Below are positions 9,719 through 17,937 of a DNA stretch of 58,599 nt, in pieces. The DNA is from Vampirovibrionales bacterium. Lineage in GTDB: Bacteria; Cyanobacteriota; Vampirovibrionia; Vampirovibrionales; JAGQHJ01. The notes under the pieces are model-generated. The model had not been told where the DNA came from. It saw nothing but the letters and a program-made list of their open reading frames with translations, and did no database searches. The position numbers and the translations under genes are program-made. Position 1 is the stretch's first letter. Each line of letters starts with the position of its first letter. The stretch spans positions 1 to 58,599 of the forward strand of contig JANWKX010000015.1 in the NCBI GenBank assembly GCA_025451145.1. Direction: 5' to 3'.

Positions 9719-10207
9719 TTATCGGTATTGTTTGACAGATCGCTCAATTTCCCGCTTGCTTTCACGTTGCTTGATGGCGTCCCGCTTATCGTACAGTTTT
9801 TTCCCTTTACAAAGGCCTAGTTCCACTTTCACCCATGCTTTTGAAAAATACAGTTTCAAGGGAATCAACGTTAAGCCTTCTTCTTTGGTTTTTCCGATTA
9901 AACGGCGAAGCTCTTGGCGGTGAATCAGCAATTTCCGAACCCGATCCTGGGCATGATTATGGATGTTGCCTTGCGCGTAGCTGGCAATTTGAGATCCATA
10001 TAAATAGAGTTCGTGGTTTTCAATTCGGGCAAACCCATCGACAATGGAAACTTTTCCCTGGCGAATGGATTTAATTTCTGTTCCCGTAAGCACAATCCCG
10101 GTTTCCATGGTTTCCAGGACGTGATACTCGTGATACGCCCGACGATTCACTGTAATCGTCTTCTTCGGCGCTCCTGCTTTTTGTGTATTTTTTGCTTTTG
10201 CCGCCAT
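9719..10207 (-). CDS. smpB: SsrA-binding protein SmpB
   Basis: 'NRRAYHEYHVLETMETGIVLTGTEIKSIR', 'LYGSQIASY' and 'HNHAQDRVRKLLIHRQEL' are typical of SmpB. I chose the ATG at 10207 (MAAKAKN) over the longer ORF. Confidence 0.92.
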   Translation of the reverse strand: MAAKAKNTQKAGAPKKTITVNRRAYHEYHVLETMETGIVLTGTEIKSIRQGKVSIVDGFARIENHELYLYGSQIASYAQGNIHNHAQDRVRKLLIHRQELRRLIGKTKEEGLTLIPLKLYFSKAWVKVELGLCKGKKLYDKRDAIKQRESKREIERSVKQYR

Positions 10208-10273
10208 GGTTGACTTCTTCAAAACCCGGTATATGGTATCATTGAGTAACATTAAGGTCTGTATTATAGCACG

Positions 10274-11299
10274 ATGGCCAAGATTCGGAGCTTAGGGAAC
10301 AAGGAATGCAAACAGGTTTTGTCCCTTCTGGAGCGGTTTAGCGGTGATGAATTCAGCTATCCGGTGTTGGAACGCTATCAGACCTTATACATGCCGTTTC
10401 ACTTTATCAGTCAGTTCTTACCCCTGCGGTTAAAATTTTTACCCAGTATCTATGTGGCGACCGCTGAAGGCAAAGTCTTAGGGCTGATTTGGCTGAGCCG
10501 GGACGGACACCGCCAGGATCGCTGGAAAATTGAGCAGGTCATTATCGATCCGGACTACTATTCGGCTTATGACGTCGGGAAACAGTTGATTTATTATGTC
10601 ATTAACAAGTTTGGGGCCATGGGGGTCGAAACCTTTCTGGCCTATGCCGATCCGCATTATACAGAGGGACTGGCGTTACTCAAAGAGTGTGGGTTTCGTC
10701 ACTGTACCAAGATGCATACCTATCAGTTAGAGCGCCCCAATAACAACACGCCCGAAAAAGGGCGATTTATCCAGGGAATTCGAGAAGCCAAATCATCAGA
10801 CGCTCGGGAGCTTCAGGAACTACACTCTGAAACCCTGTTGCCCGAACTTCGTGTGAGCCTGAGACGTTCCCCTGAAGACTTTGTCCCAGGCTTTGCCGAA
10901 AGGCTTAAGCGGAATCTTCAGGGTGAATTCAGCAAACGATGGGTGGTGTCTCAAGGCAGTCATGACTATCTTTACGGGAGTGTCTCCATTTCGACTTGGG
11001 ATTATAAACACTATGATCTGTCGCTTCTCATCAGTCCGGCCTGGGAGGACGGCACCGAAGATCTGGTCTTGTTTGGGATTGAGCAGATCTATAAGAGTTG
11101 CCAGCATGCCAAAATTACGGTCCAAGCCTATGATTTTCAGAAGCAAAAGCTAGAAATCCTTGAACAACAAGGCTTTCAAAAAACAGCAACCACGGAGATC
11201 CTGGTAAAAGATTATTGGATCCCTTTAAAGGATAAGCCGCTTCACAGTCGAAATCCGGTGTTGCTCTTTGCCAAAGGCGGGAAAACGTCACCTGCCTGA
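10274..11299 (+). CDS. GNAT-family N-acetyltransferase (two-lobed)
   Basis: 341 aa. The segment 'VIIDPDYYSAYDVGKQLIYYVINKFGAMGVETFLAYADPHYTEGLALLKECGFR' resembles the GNAT acetyl-CoA-binding core. Assignment is by pattern only. Confidence 0.6.
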   Translation: MAKIRSLGNKECKQVLSLLERFSGDEFSYPVLERYQTLYMPFHFISQFLPLRLKFLPSIYVATAEGKVLGLIWLSRDGHRQDRWKIEQVIIDPDYYSAYDVGKQLIYYVINKFGAMGVETFLAYADPHYTEGLALLKECGFRHCTKMHTYQLERPNNNTPEKGRFIQGIREAKSSDARELQELHSETLLPELRVSLRRSPEDFVPGFAERLKRNLQGEFSKRWVVSQGSHDYLYGSVSISTWDYKHYDLSLLISPAWEDGTEDLVLFGIEQIYKSCQHAKITVQAYDFQKQKLEILEQQGFQKTATTEILVKDYWIPLKDKPLHSRNPVLLFAKGGKTSPA

Positions 11300-11650
11300 C
11301 GAGGGCAGGTTTTGTAATAAGGTCAGAATTTCAGGCACATCGTTTACGGTGACATGTCGCAAGAAGGTCATGTTTTGGGACCCTTTTTCATCGGGTAATC
11401 GGCGTGTGATGGCCAGCGTGGTCCCACCGTCACAGCATCCCAACAGGCAGCCACTTCGAAAGACAAAGCATTTCTGCCCCAGCCCGGATGACTGAAGACG
11501 GGAGACAAGTGCCTCATAGACCTGGGTGCTTTGTGCCAGACTGCACTTTTCAAAGCTTCTTTCAACCGGGTTCTGGCAGACCCAGATGAAATAATCGTAG
11601 GCATAGCCGTAAGCTTGGCCTGGGATAAAGGATTCCATCGTTGTGTCCAA
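11288..11650 (-). CDS. thioredoxin-like [2Fe-2S] ferredoxin domain protein
   Basis: 120 aa with Cys spacing C25-x10-C36-x41-C78-x3-C82 ('GCLLGCCDGG'), close to the C-x(10-12)-C-x(~30-40)-C-x3-C pattern of thioredoxin-like ferredoxins. It is convergent with the GNAT gene end and overlaps it by 12 nt. Confidence 0.6.
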   Translation of the reverse strand: MDTTMESFIPGQAYGYAYDYFIWVCQNPVERSFEKCSLAQSTQVYEALVSRLQSSGLGQKCFVFRSGCLLGCCDGGTTLAITRRLPDEKGSQNMTFLRHVTVNDVPEILTLLQNLPSSGR

Positions 11651-11786
11651 AATGGTTATCGGATTGCCGCATGATCGTAGCGGATGTCAATAAACCTGTC
11701 GATAACTTGTCGAAAATTTATGTTTTGTCATAACCCTTCTCCCTTGACTAATGGTATGTTACAGTATTCCCTATCTTCAAAGCTTT

Positions 11787-11822
11787 GAGAGGCTGGGATG
11801 CACCCTCGTTTCTAAGCGTATT
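11787..11822 (+). ncRNA. candidate degenerate preQ1-I-like riboswitch element upstream of queF (weak)
   Basis: 'GAGAGGCUGGGAUGCACCCUCGUUUCUAAGCG' resembles the B. subtilis aptamer AGAGG-loop-CACCCUCU-A-rich tail-CUAAGG in P1 and the 3' CUAAG. It lacks the conserved A-rich tail. Confidence 0.25.
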
Positions 11823-11860
11823 TAGGGATGTTAGACGCATATTTGAAGAGGTAATCCACG

Positions 11861-12229
11861 GTGAGTCCGGAACAACAGACCTTTGCCCCGATTGAGGTTT
11901 TTCCAAACCAATATCCAGGACGAGAATTTGTCATTGAAATCATTTGCCCCGAATTTACATCGGTGTGCCCTAAGACCGGGTTGCCTGATTTTGGCACCCT
12001 TTTTATTCGCTATACGCCGGATCAAGCTTGTCTGGAGCTGAAGGCCTTTAAGTACTACTTATTGGATTATCGAAATTACGGTATTTTTTATGAAAACGCC
12101 GTCAATAAAATCATGGATGATATTGTTCACGCGTGCCATCCAAAGTGGATAGAAGTCAGGGGGGAATTTAAAGCTAGAGGAGGGATTAATACTGTGGTGA
12201 CGACTCAATACCCAGAAAAGAAAATCTGA
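11861..12229 (+). CDS. queF: NADPH-dependent 7-cyano-7-deazaguanine (preQ0) reductase, type I
   Basis: 122 aa with 'EFTSVCPKTGLPDFGTLFIRYTP' (catalytic Cys) and 'LELKAFKYYLLDYRN' QueF motifs. GTG start with GAAGAGG upstream. Confidence 0.92.
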   Translation: MSPEQQTFAPIEVFPNQYPGREFVIEIICPEFTSVCPKTGLPDFGTLFIRYTPDQACLELKAFKYYLLDYRNYGIFYENAVNKIMDDIVHACHPKWIEVRGEFKARGGINTVVTTQYPEKKI

Positions 12230-12594
12230 AGATAATTCCCAGGCCATCGAGTCAAGGGTTTGTAAAAATATATCAAACTTGCCCAGATGTCCCTTCTCAA
12301 GAGGTCCTTAGAGTTGGTATGATATAGATCTTCAACAGATGCGTAGATTATTTAAACTGTATAGTGATTGCAAATGCGTAGGCCATAGTTGGAAGAGGGG
12401 GTCTTTTAAGGCCGTCCTAAAAGAGCATTTGCCACGACCTACTTTACCAACATCCGTTGTTTTCGCCATCAAAACCCACACCATCGGATCTGTGGTCTTA
12501 CCAAAAGTCCGCTTAGTTCACGGTCTCATTCATTAAATTTAATCATTGCTTATTGCCAAAGCTTCAAATCAATACACAAGAGGAGAGTCACCAT

Positions 12595-15500
12595 ATGGTC
12601 ATCACCGAAAGCAGTATTCAGCCCCCCCCACAAGCGACCTTGCCTGAGTTGAATGGTAAAGACGTCGCGGTTAATACGGAAGGGCTTCAGGTTCAGCGTT
12701 ATTTTACAACGCCGGGCGTCAATCCCTTAGATGAGGTGACCTATGAGTATCGGCGTTCTGTGATTACAGAGCCCGATGGCTCCGTTGTATTTGAGATGAA
12801 CAATGTGGAAGTTCCCAAATCATGGTCCCAGTTGGCGACAGATATTATTGTCTCCAAGTACTTTCGAAAAGCGGGTGTTCCTGGGCCCACCGGATCGGAA
12901 ACCAGCGCCCGGCAAGTCGTTCATCGGATTGCCAACACCATCCGGGTCCATGGAGAGCTGAAACAGTATTTTGCCTCTTCTGAAGATGCGGAAGCCTTTG
13001 AGGCAGAGCTGTCTCATATGCTGATTAACCAAAAAGGGGCTTTTAATTCCCCGGTTTGGTTTAACTGTGGTCTGCACCATCAATACGGGATTCAAGGCAG
13101 TGGCGGAAACTGGTATCGGGATGATGCCCAACAGGCTGTTTTAGAATCCAGCAATTCCTATGAACATCCCCAATGCTCGGCCTGCTTTATTCAATCTGTC
13201 GAAGATGACTTGATGAGCCTCTTTGAGCTGGCCAAAAACGAAGCACGCCTCTTTAAGTTTGGCTCCGGGACGGGGACCAACTTCTCCAAAATTCGGGGAC
13301 GTCAGGAAAAACTTTCCGGTGGTGGCACCTCATCAGGCTTGATGTCTTTCCTGGAAGTGCTGGACCGTGGCGCTGGGGCGACCAAAAGTGGCGGGACCAC
13401 TCGCCGGGCGGCTAAGATGGTCTCTTTGGATATGGATCACCCTGAAATCGAAGATTTTATCAACTGGAAGGTTAAAGAAGAGCGGAAAGTCAAAGTTCTG
13501 ATTGATGCCGGGTATCCGTCAGACTTTAATGGCGAAGCGTATCACACGGTCGCTGGGCAAAACTCCAATAACTCCGTTCGGATTGGCGATGCCTTTATGC
13601 ATGCCTACCTCCATGAAGGCAAATGGCAGACCCGTTTTCGGACCACCGCCGAAGTCTGTGACACTTTTGAAGCCAAGGATTTGATGAAGCAAATTGCCTT
13701 TGCCGCATGGGCTTGTGCCGATCCGGGTGTCCAGTTTGATGACATCATCAATGATTGGCACACGTGCGCCAACACAGATCGGATTTATGGCTCTAACCCT
13801 TGTTCCGAGTACCATTTCTTAAATGATACGGCGTGCAACCTGGCTTCCATTAACTTAATGCTGTTTTATGATGAGACAACCGGCCGTTTTGATGTGGAAG
13901 GCTTCCGCCATGCGTGTCGAGTGTTCTTTGTTGCCCAGGAAATTCTCGTTGGGCTCGCCTCTTATCCCACGCAAAAAATCGCTGAAAACAGCTATAAGTA
14001 TCGCCCTTTAGGCTTAGGCTATGCGAATCTGGGTGCCTACCTGATGGTCAATGGCATTCCGTATGACAGCGAAGAAAGCTATGCCATCGCTGGGGCCATT
14101 ACTGCCATTATGTGCGGTCAGGCCTATACGGCGTCTGCCGAGATGGCCGCTGTTAAAGGCCCGTTTGAAGGTTATGCACCTAACCGGGATTCGATGCTGC
14201 GGGTCATGGGTAAACATCGTCAAAAAGCCTATGAGATCCCGGTTACCTACTGCCCGGATTATCTGGTGGCAGCGGCCCGGGAAGATTGGGACAATGCCTT
14301 GGTTCTGGGTGAAGAGTATGGCTATCGAAATGCCCAAGCCACGGTTTTAGCGCCCACAGGCACCATTGGTCTTTTGATGGATTGTGATACCACCGGGATT
14401 GAACCGGATTTTGCCTTGGTTAAATGGAAAAAGCTGGCAGGCGGCGGATACTTTAAGATTGCCAACCAGGCCCTTCCGAAGGCTTTGAGGAAGCTGGGCT
14501 ACGCACAATCTGAGATTGACACCATCATTACCTATATCTTGGGCCATGGCATTCTGGAGAGTGCCCCGCATTTGTCGGCGGACCAGCTTCAAACGGCAGG
14601 ATTCTCACAGGAGGAGATTCAAAAGGCCTTTGATGCGGTGCGCCAAAACGGGACCTTCAACGAATGGACCCCAGGGCTTAATCCCAAGCTGCTGAAAGAC
14701 CGAGGCTGGACGAAAGATCAATTACAGGCCATTGATATCTATGTGAACGGCGCCCAAACCATCGAAGGCGCCCCATTCCTGAAAGAAGCGCATTTACCGG
14801 TGTTTGATTGCGCAAACCGGTGTGGCGTTGGCCAGCGGTTTATCGAGCCGATGGCGCATATTAAGATTATGGCCGCCACTCAGCCCTTTTTATCGGGAGC
14901 CATCTCCAAAACCGTCAATATTCCCAATGAAGCGACTGTCGAAGACATTGAGCGGATTTATGTGGATGCCTGGCGCTTAGGGTTAAAATGTGTGGCCTTG
15001 TACCGCGATGGTTCCAAGTTGAGCCAGCCTTTGAGTGCCGGAACGTCTCAAGGGGATGAAGATGATCCCACGGAGCAACAAACCTTCATGCCGGTGGGAT
15101 TACAACGGGGTGATCGCAGAGAACTTCCCCGGAAGCGTCAAGGGTTGACCATTGATGCCAGTATCAGCGGCACCAAGGTCTATCTACGAACAGGCGAATA
15201 TGAAGATGGCCAACTGGGTGAAGTGTTTATTGATATGTTCAAAGAAGGTGCTTCTTACAGAAGCTTGTTGAACTGCTTTGCCGTTGCCGTCTCCTTGGGG
15301 CTTCAATATGGGGTTCCCTTGGAAAAATTCGTCAATCAATTTACCTTTACCCGTTTTGATCCCTCCGGATTTACGGATCACCCGAATATTCGTAACTGTA
15401 CCTCCATTTTGGACTACATTTTCAGGGTTCTGGGAATGGAATACCTGGGTGAAACCGATTATATTCAGGTAAAACCCGATGAAACGACCTTGCGGGTCAA

Positions 15501-15744
15501 TCAAGGTCCTTATGAGCGGATCGCTTCGCCTGAATCATTACAAACCATCTTGCCTGTTGTTAAGGAAAATGGACATCAAAACGGCAATGGCAATGGTTAT
15601 CACAGCAATGCTTCAGAGCTGAGCAACCATCTGAAAGATATGATGGGCGATGCCCCGCCTTGTGATAACTGCGGCAATATCACTGTACGAAATGGTTCCT
15701 GCTACCGATGCCTGAGCTGTGGCAGTTCCATGGGATGTTCCTAG
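12595..15744 (+). CDS. nrdJ: adenosylcobalamin-dependent (class II) ribonucleoside-diphosphate/triphosphate reductase
   Basis: About 1050 aa with 'NSPVWFN', 'CSACFI', 'GSGTGTNFS', 'NPCSEY' (active-site Cys/Glu) and 'LAPTGTI'. The C-terminal Cys-rich tail is 'CDNCGN...CYRCLSCGSSMGC'. The ATG at 12595 is preceded by AGGAG at 9 nt; the upstream TTG at 12553 is less likely. Confidence 0.92.
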   Translation: MVITESSIQPPPQATLPELNGKDVAVNTEGLQVQRYFTTPGVNPLDEVTYEYRRSVITEPDGSVVFEMNNVEVPKSWSQLATDIIVSKYFRKAGVPGPTGSETSARQVVHRIANTIRVHGELKQYFASSEDAEAFEAELSHMLINQKGAFNSPVWFNCGLHHQYGIQGSGGNWYRDDAQQAVLESSNSYEHPQCSACFIQSVEDDLMSLFELAKNEARLFKFGSGTGTNFSKIRGRQEKLSGGGTSSGLMSFLEVLDRGAGATKSGGTTRRAAKMVSLDMDHPEIEDFINWKVKEERKVKVLIDAGYPSDFNGEAYHTVAGQNSNNSVRIGDAFMHAYLHEGKWQTRFRTTAEVCDTFEAKDLMKQIAFAAWACADPGVQFDDIINDWHTCANTDRIYGSNPCSEYHFLNDTACNLASINLMLFYDETTGRFDVEGFRHACRVFFVAQEILVGLASYPTQKIAENSYKYRPLGLGYANLGAYLMVNGIPYDSEESYAIAGAITAIMCGQAYTASAEMAAVKGPFEGYAPNRDSMLRVMGKHRQKAYEIPVTYCPDYLVAAAREDWDNALVLGEEYGYRNAQATVLAPTGTIGLLMDCDTTGIEPDFALVKWKKLAGGGYFKIANQALPKALRKLGYAQSEIDTIITYILGHGILESAPHLSADQLQTAGFSQEEIQKAFDAVRQNGTFNEWTPGLNPKLLKDRGWTKDQLQAIDIYVNGAQTIEGAPFLKEAHLPVFDCANRCGVGQRFIEPMAHIKIMAATQPFLSGAISKTVNIPNEATVEDIERIYVDAWRLGLKCVALYRDGSKLSQPLSAGTSQGDEDDPTEQQTFMPVGLQRGDRRELPRKRQGLTIDASISGTKVYLRTGEYEDGQLGEVFIDMFKEGASYRSLLNCFAVAVSLGLQYGVPLEKFVNQFTFTRFDPSGFTDHPNIRNCTSILDYIFRVLGMEYLGETDYIQVKPDETTLRVNQGPYERIASPESLQTILPVVKENGHQNGNGNGYHSNASELSNHLKDMMGDAPPCDNCGNITVRNGSCYRCLSCGSSMGCS

Positions 15745-15758
15745 AGAGGCAGAGATAA

Positions 15759-15828
15759 GCCCCCATTGTGGGCATTTTTTAACACACCTTCACCACGCTT
15801 CATCTTTTGGAGCGTGTTCTTCTTTTTT
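15759..15828 (+). terminator. terminator region after nrdJ (two hairpin + T-tract candidates)
   Basis: A short CCCA-TTG-TGGG hairpin is followed by TTTTTT (15762-15780). A second hairpin, CACGCT-11 nt-AGCGTG, is followed by TTCTTCTTTTTT (15794-15828). Confidence 0.5.
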
Positions 15829-15894
15829 GATATTTTCCGCGCCCCTGTTTTGATCATATAGTGTGAGTGAGATTGACTGGAGCTTATCAACTTT

Positions 15895-16791
15895 ATGTAT
15901 CGCGCTGGATTTGTGGGCATTTTAGGCCGACCCAATGTCGGGAAGTCCACCTTGCTCAATGCGATTTTGGGTCAAAAAATCGCCATTACCTCTCCCAGGG
16001 TTCAAACCACCCGCCACCGTATTCGAGGGGTGCTGTCTTTGCCTGAGCGAGGGCAAATTGTCTTTTTGGATACGCCAGGATTCTCCAAACCCCTGGATAA
16101 ACTGGGGGAGTTTTTGACGGCAGAAGCCAAGCATGCCTTAGAGGACGCGGATATCTTTCTGTTTGTCGTGGATGGCAGCTTGATGGCCGGTAAAGGCGAT
16201 CAATGGCTGGCAGAACAACTGAAGGCCAGCGGGAAATATATCTTATTCATCATCAACAAGATTGATCAGGTGAAAGACCCAGTAGAGCGACAGCGCTTAA
16301 AGGAAAGTTATTTAAAGCTGTTTGAAGGCTACCAGGCTTACGATTATTTGACGGTGTCGGCCTTAACGGGCAAGCGGCTTCAGGAAATCCCGAAAATTCT
16401 CTTGAAACATTTACCCCAGGGTGCACCGATATACGCCGAAGATGAACTGACGGATCAGCGGATTCGGGATATTGCCCAGGAAATGATCCGGGAGCAAGCC
16501 ATGCGATTGACCTTGGAAGAGTTGCCGCACAGCATTGCGGTTCTCATCAATACCTTTGATGAATCGGATCCCAACTGCATCCGGATTGATGCCACGGTGT
16601 ATGTGGAGCAGGACTCTCAAAAAGGGATTGTCATTGGGAAACAGGGGCAGATGATTAAAAAAATCGGTCAGGCGGCTCGAAAAGACATTGAAATCTTGAC
16701 CGAAAGCAAAGTTTATCTGGAACTGAATGTCAAAGTGAAGAAAAACTGGCGCAAAGATGCTCAGTTTCTCAAGCTGTTGGGATTAAGTTGA
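15895..16791 (+). CDS. era: GTPase Era
   Basis: 298 aa with 'GRPNVGKSTL', 'DTPG', 'NKID' and a C-terminal KH domain ('KGIVIGKQGQMIKKIG'). Confidence 0.93.
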   Translation: MYRAGFVGILGRPNVGKSTLLNAILGQKIAITSPRVQTTRHRIRGVLSLPERGQIVFLDTPGFSKPLDKLGEFLTAEAKHALEDADIFLFVVDGSLMAGKGDQWLAEQLKASGKYILFIINKIDQVKDPVERQRLKESYLKLFEGYQAYDYLTVSALTGKRLQEIPKILLKHLPQGAPIYAEDELTDQRIRDIAQEMIREQAMRLTLEELPHSIAVLINTFDESDPNCIRIDATVYVEQDSQKGIVIGKQGQMIKKIGQAARKDIEILTESKVYLELNVKVKKNWRKDAQFLKLLGLS

Positions 16792-16853
16792 CTTGACATA
16801 ACTGCTCAAAGCAACCACAATCCTGACCATAACCTTGAAGGAAGACGAATCAC

Positions 16854-17933
16854 ATGAACCCTCGCTCCCCGTTACCGCAACGTGAACTTAGCCTTGCAGA
16901 CTTTGATTACACGCTTCCCCCTGAGCTGGTGGCCAAATTCCCTTTATCCGAGCGGGATCAATCCAGGATGCTGCATCTGGGCCGTCAGCATAAAGAGATC
17001 GCTCACTATTCTTTTTCCCGGCTGCCTGAGTTGTTGAATGCGGGTGACTTAGTGATTGTCAACAATGCCAAAGTCATTCCCATTCGTCTCATCGGAAAGC
17101 GGGAAATCCATTCCGGCAAAGTCGAGCTGTTTTTAATGCATCCGCAAAATGCGGAACAAACCCAGTGGCAAGTCTTGATGAAGCCTGCCAAGCGCCTTAG
17201 TCCAGGGTCGGTGATTTGCTTTGAACACTCTCCCTTGCAAGCCCGGATTATTGAGCGGCTAGAGGGTGGAAGAGGCCTGGTTGAACTATCATGGCCAGAC
17301 GAATGCTCGTTTGAAGAGATTCTTTCCAAAACAGGAACGATGCCCATTCCCCCGTACTTGGATCGGGCCCCTGAAGCCATCGATGACGTACGGTATCAGA
17401 CGGTTTTTGCCAAGCATCCTGGAGCTCAGGCTGCGCCTACCGCGGGGCTTCATTTTACGGAAGAAACCTTTAAACAACTGGAAGCACAGGGAATTCAGGT
17501 GGAAGAAATTACCTTACAGGTGAGCGCCGGAACCTTTCGTCCAGTGTTAACCGATACGATTCAAGATCATCAAATGGATCCGGAATTTTATACGATCTCT
17601 GAAGCGGTTGCCCAAAAAATCGTATCGACCCGTCAGCAGGGAGGTCGAGTGATTGCCGTAGGGACTACTGTTGCAAAAACCTTGGAGACTTCTGCAAGTC
17701 ATCATCAAGGTGTTGTCAAAGCCGAATCGGCTTGGAGCGATCTCTTTATCCACCCGGGCTTTCAATTTCAAGTCATTGATGGCCTTTTAACCAATTTCCA
17801 TCTGCCTAAATCCACACTCTTAATGTTGGTGAGTGCCTTTTGCGATAGAGATGCCATTTTAAAGGCCTATCATGAAGCCATTGGCGAGGGGTATCGCTTT
17901 TATAGCTACGGGGATTGTATGTTGATTCTTTAA
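16854..17933 (+). CDS. queA: tRNA preQ1(34) S-adenosylmethionine ribosyltransferase-isomerase
   Basis: 359 aa with 'FDYTLPPELVA', 'SRML', 'MPIPPYL', 'YQTVFA', 'AAPTAGLHFT', 'VGTTV' and 'FYSYGDCMLI', all typical of QueA. Confidence 0.93.
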   Translation: MNPRSPLPQRELSLADFDYTLPPELVAKFPLSERDQSRMLHLGRQHKEIAHYSFSRLPELLNAGDLVIVNNAKVIPIRLIGKREIHSGKVELFLMHPQNAEQTQWQVLMKPAKRLSPGSVICFEHSPLQARIIERLEGGRGLVELSWPDECSFEEILSKTGTMPIPPYLDRAPEAIDDVRYQTVFAKHPGAQAAPTAGLHFTEETFKQLEAQGIQVEEITLQVSAGTFRPVLTDTIQDHQMDPEFYTISEAVAQKIVSTRQQGGRVIAVGTTVAKTLETSASHHQGVVKAESAWSDLFIHPGFQFQVIDGLLTNFHLPKSTLLMLVSAFCDRDAILKAYHEAIGEGYRFYSYGDCMLIL

Positions 17934-17937
17934 GGGG

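Noticed and set aside
12370-12445. A possible cobalamin riboswitch upstream of nrdJ.
   Set aside because: Only fragments resemble it ('GGAAG', 'GCCACGAC'). The conserved GGUG..AA.CC P4 region, the GCCACUG...GGGAAGGC core and the B12 box are not recognisable by eye. It is kept only as an unassigned leader in the findings.
12339-12536. A 65-aa ORF inside the nrdJ leader.
   Set aside because: It has no SD and an odd basic/hydrophobic composition with no recognisable motif. It is more likely a chance frame in a non-coding leader, and conservation analysis would settle this.
12595-15744. A possible intein or insertion in the long NrdJ.
   Set aside because: The sequence is colinear with long monomeric class II RNRs. 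It has no Cys/Ser-...-HN-Cys splice junction blocks and no homing-endonuclease (LAGLIDADG/HNH) motifs.
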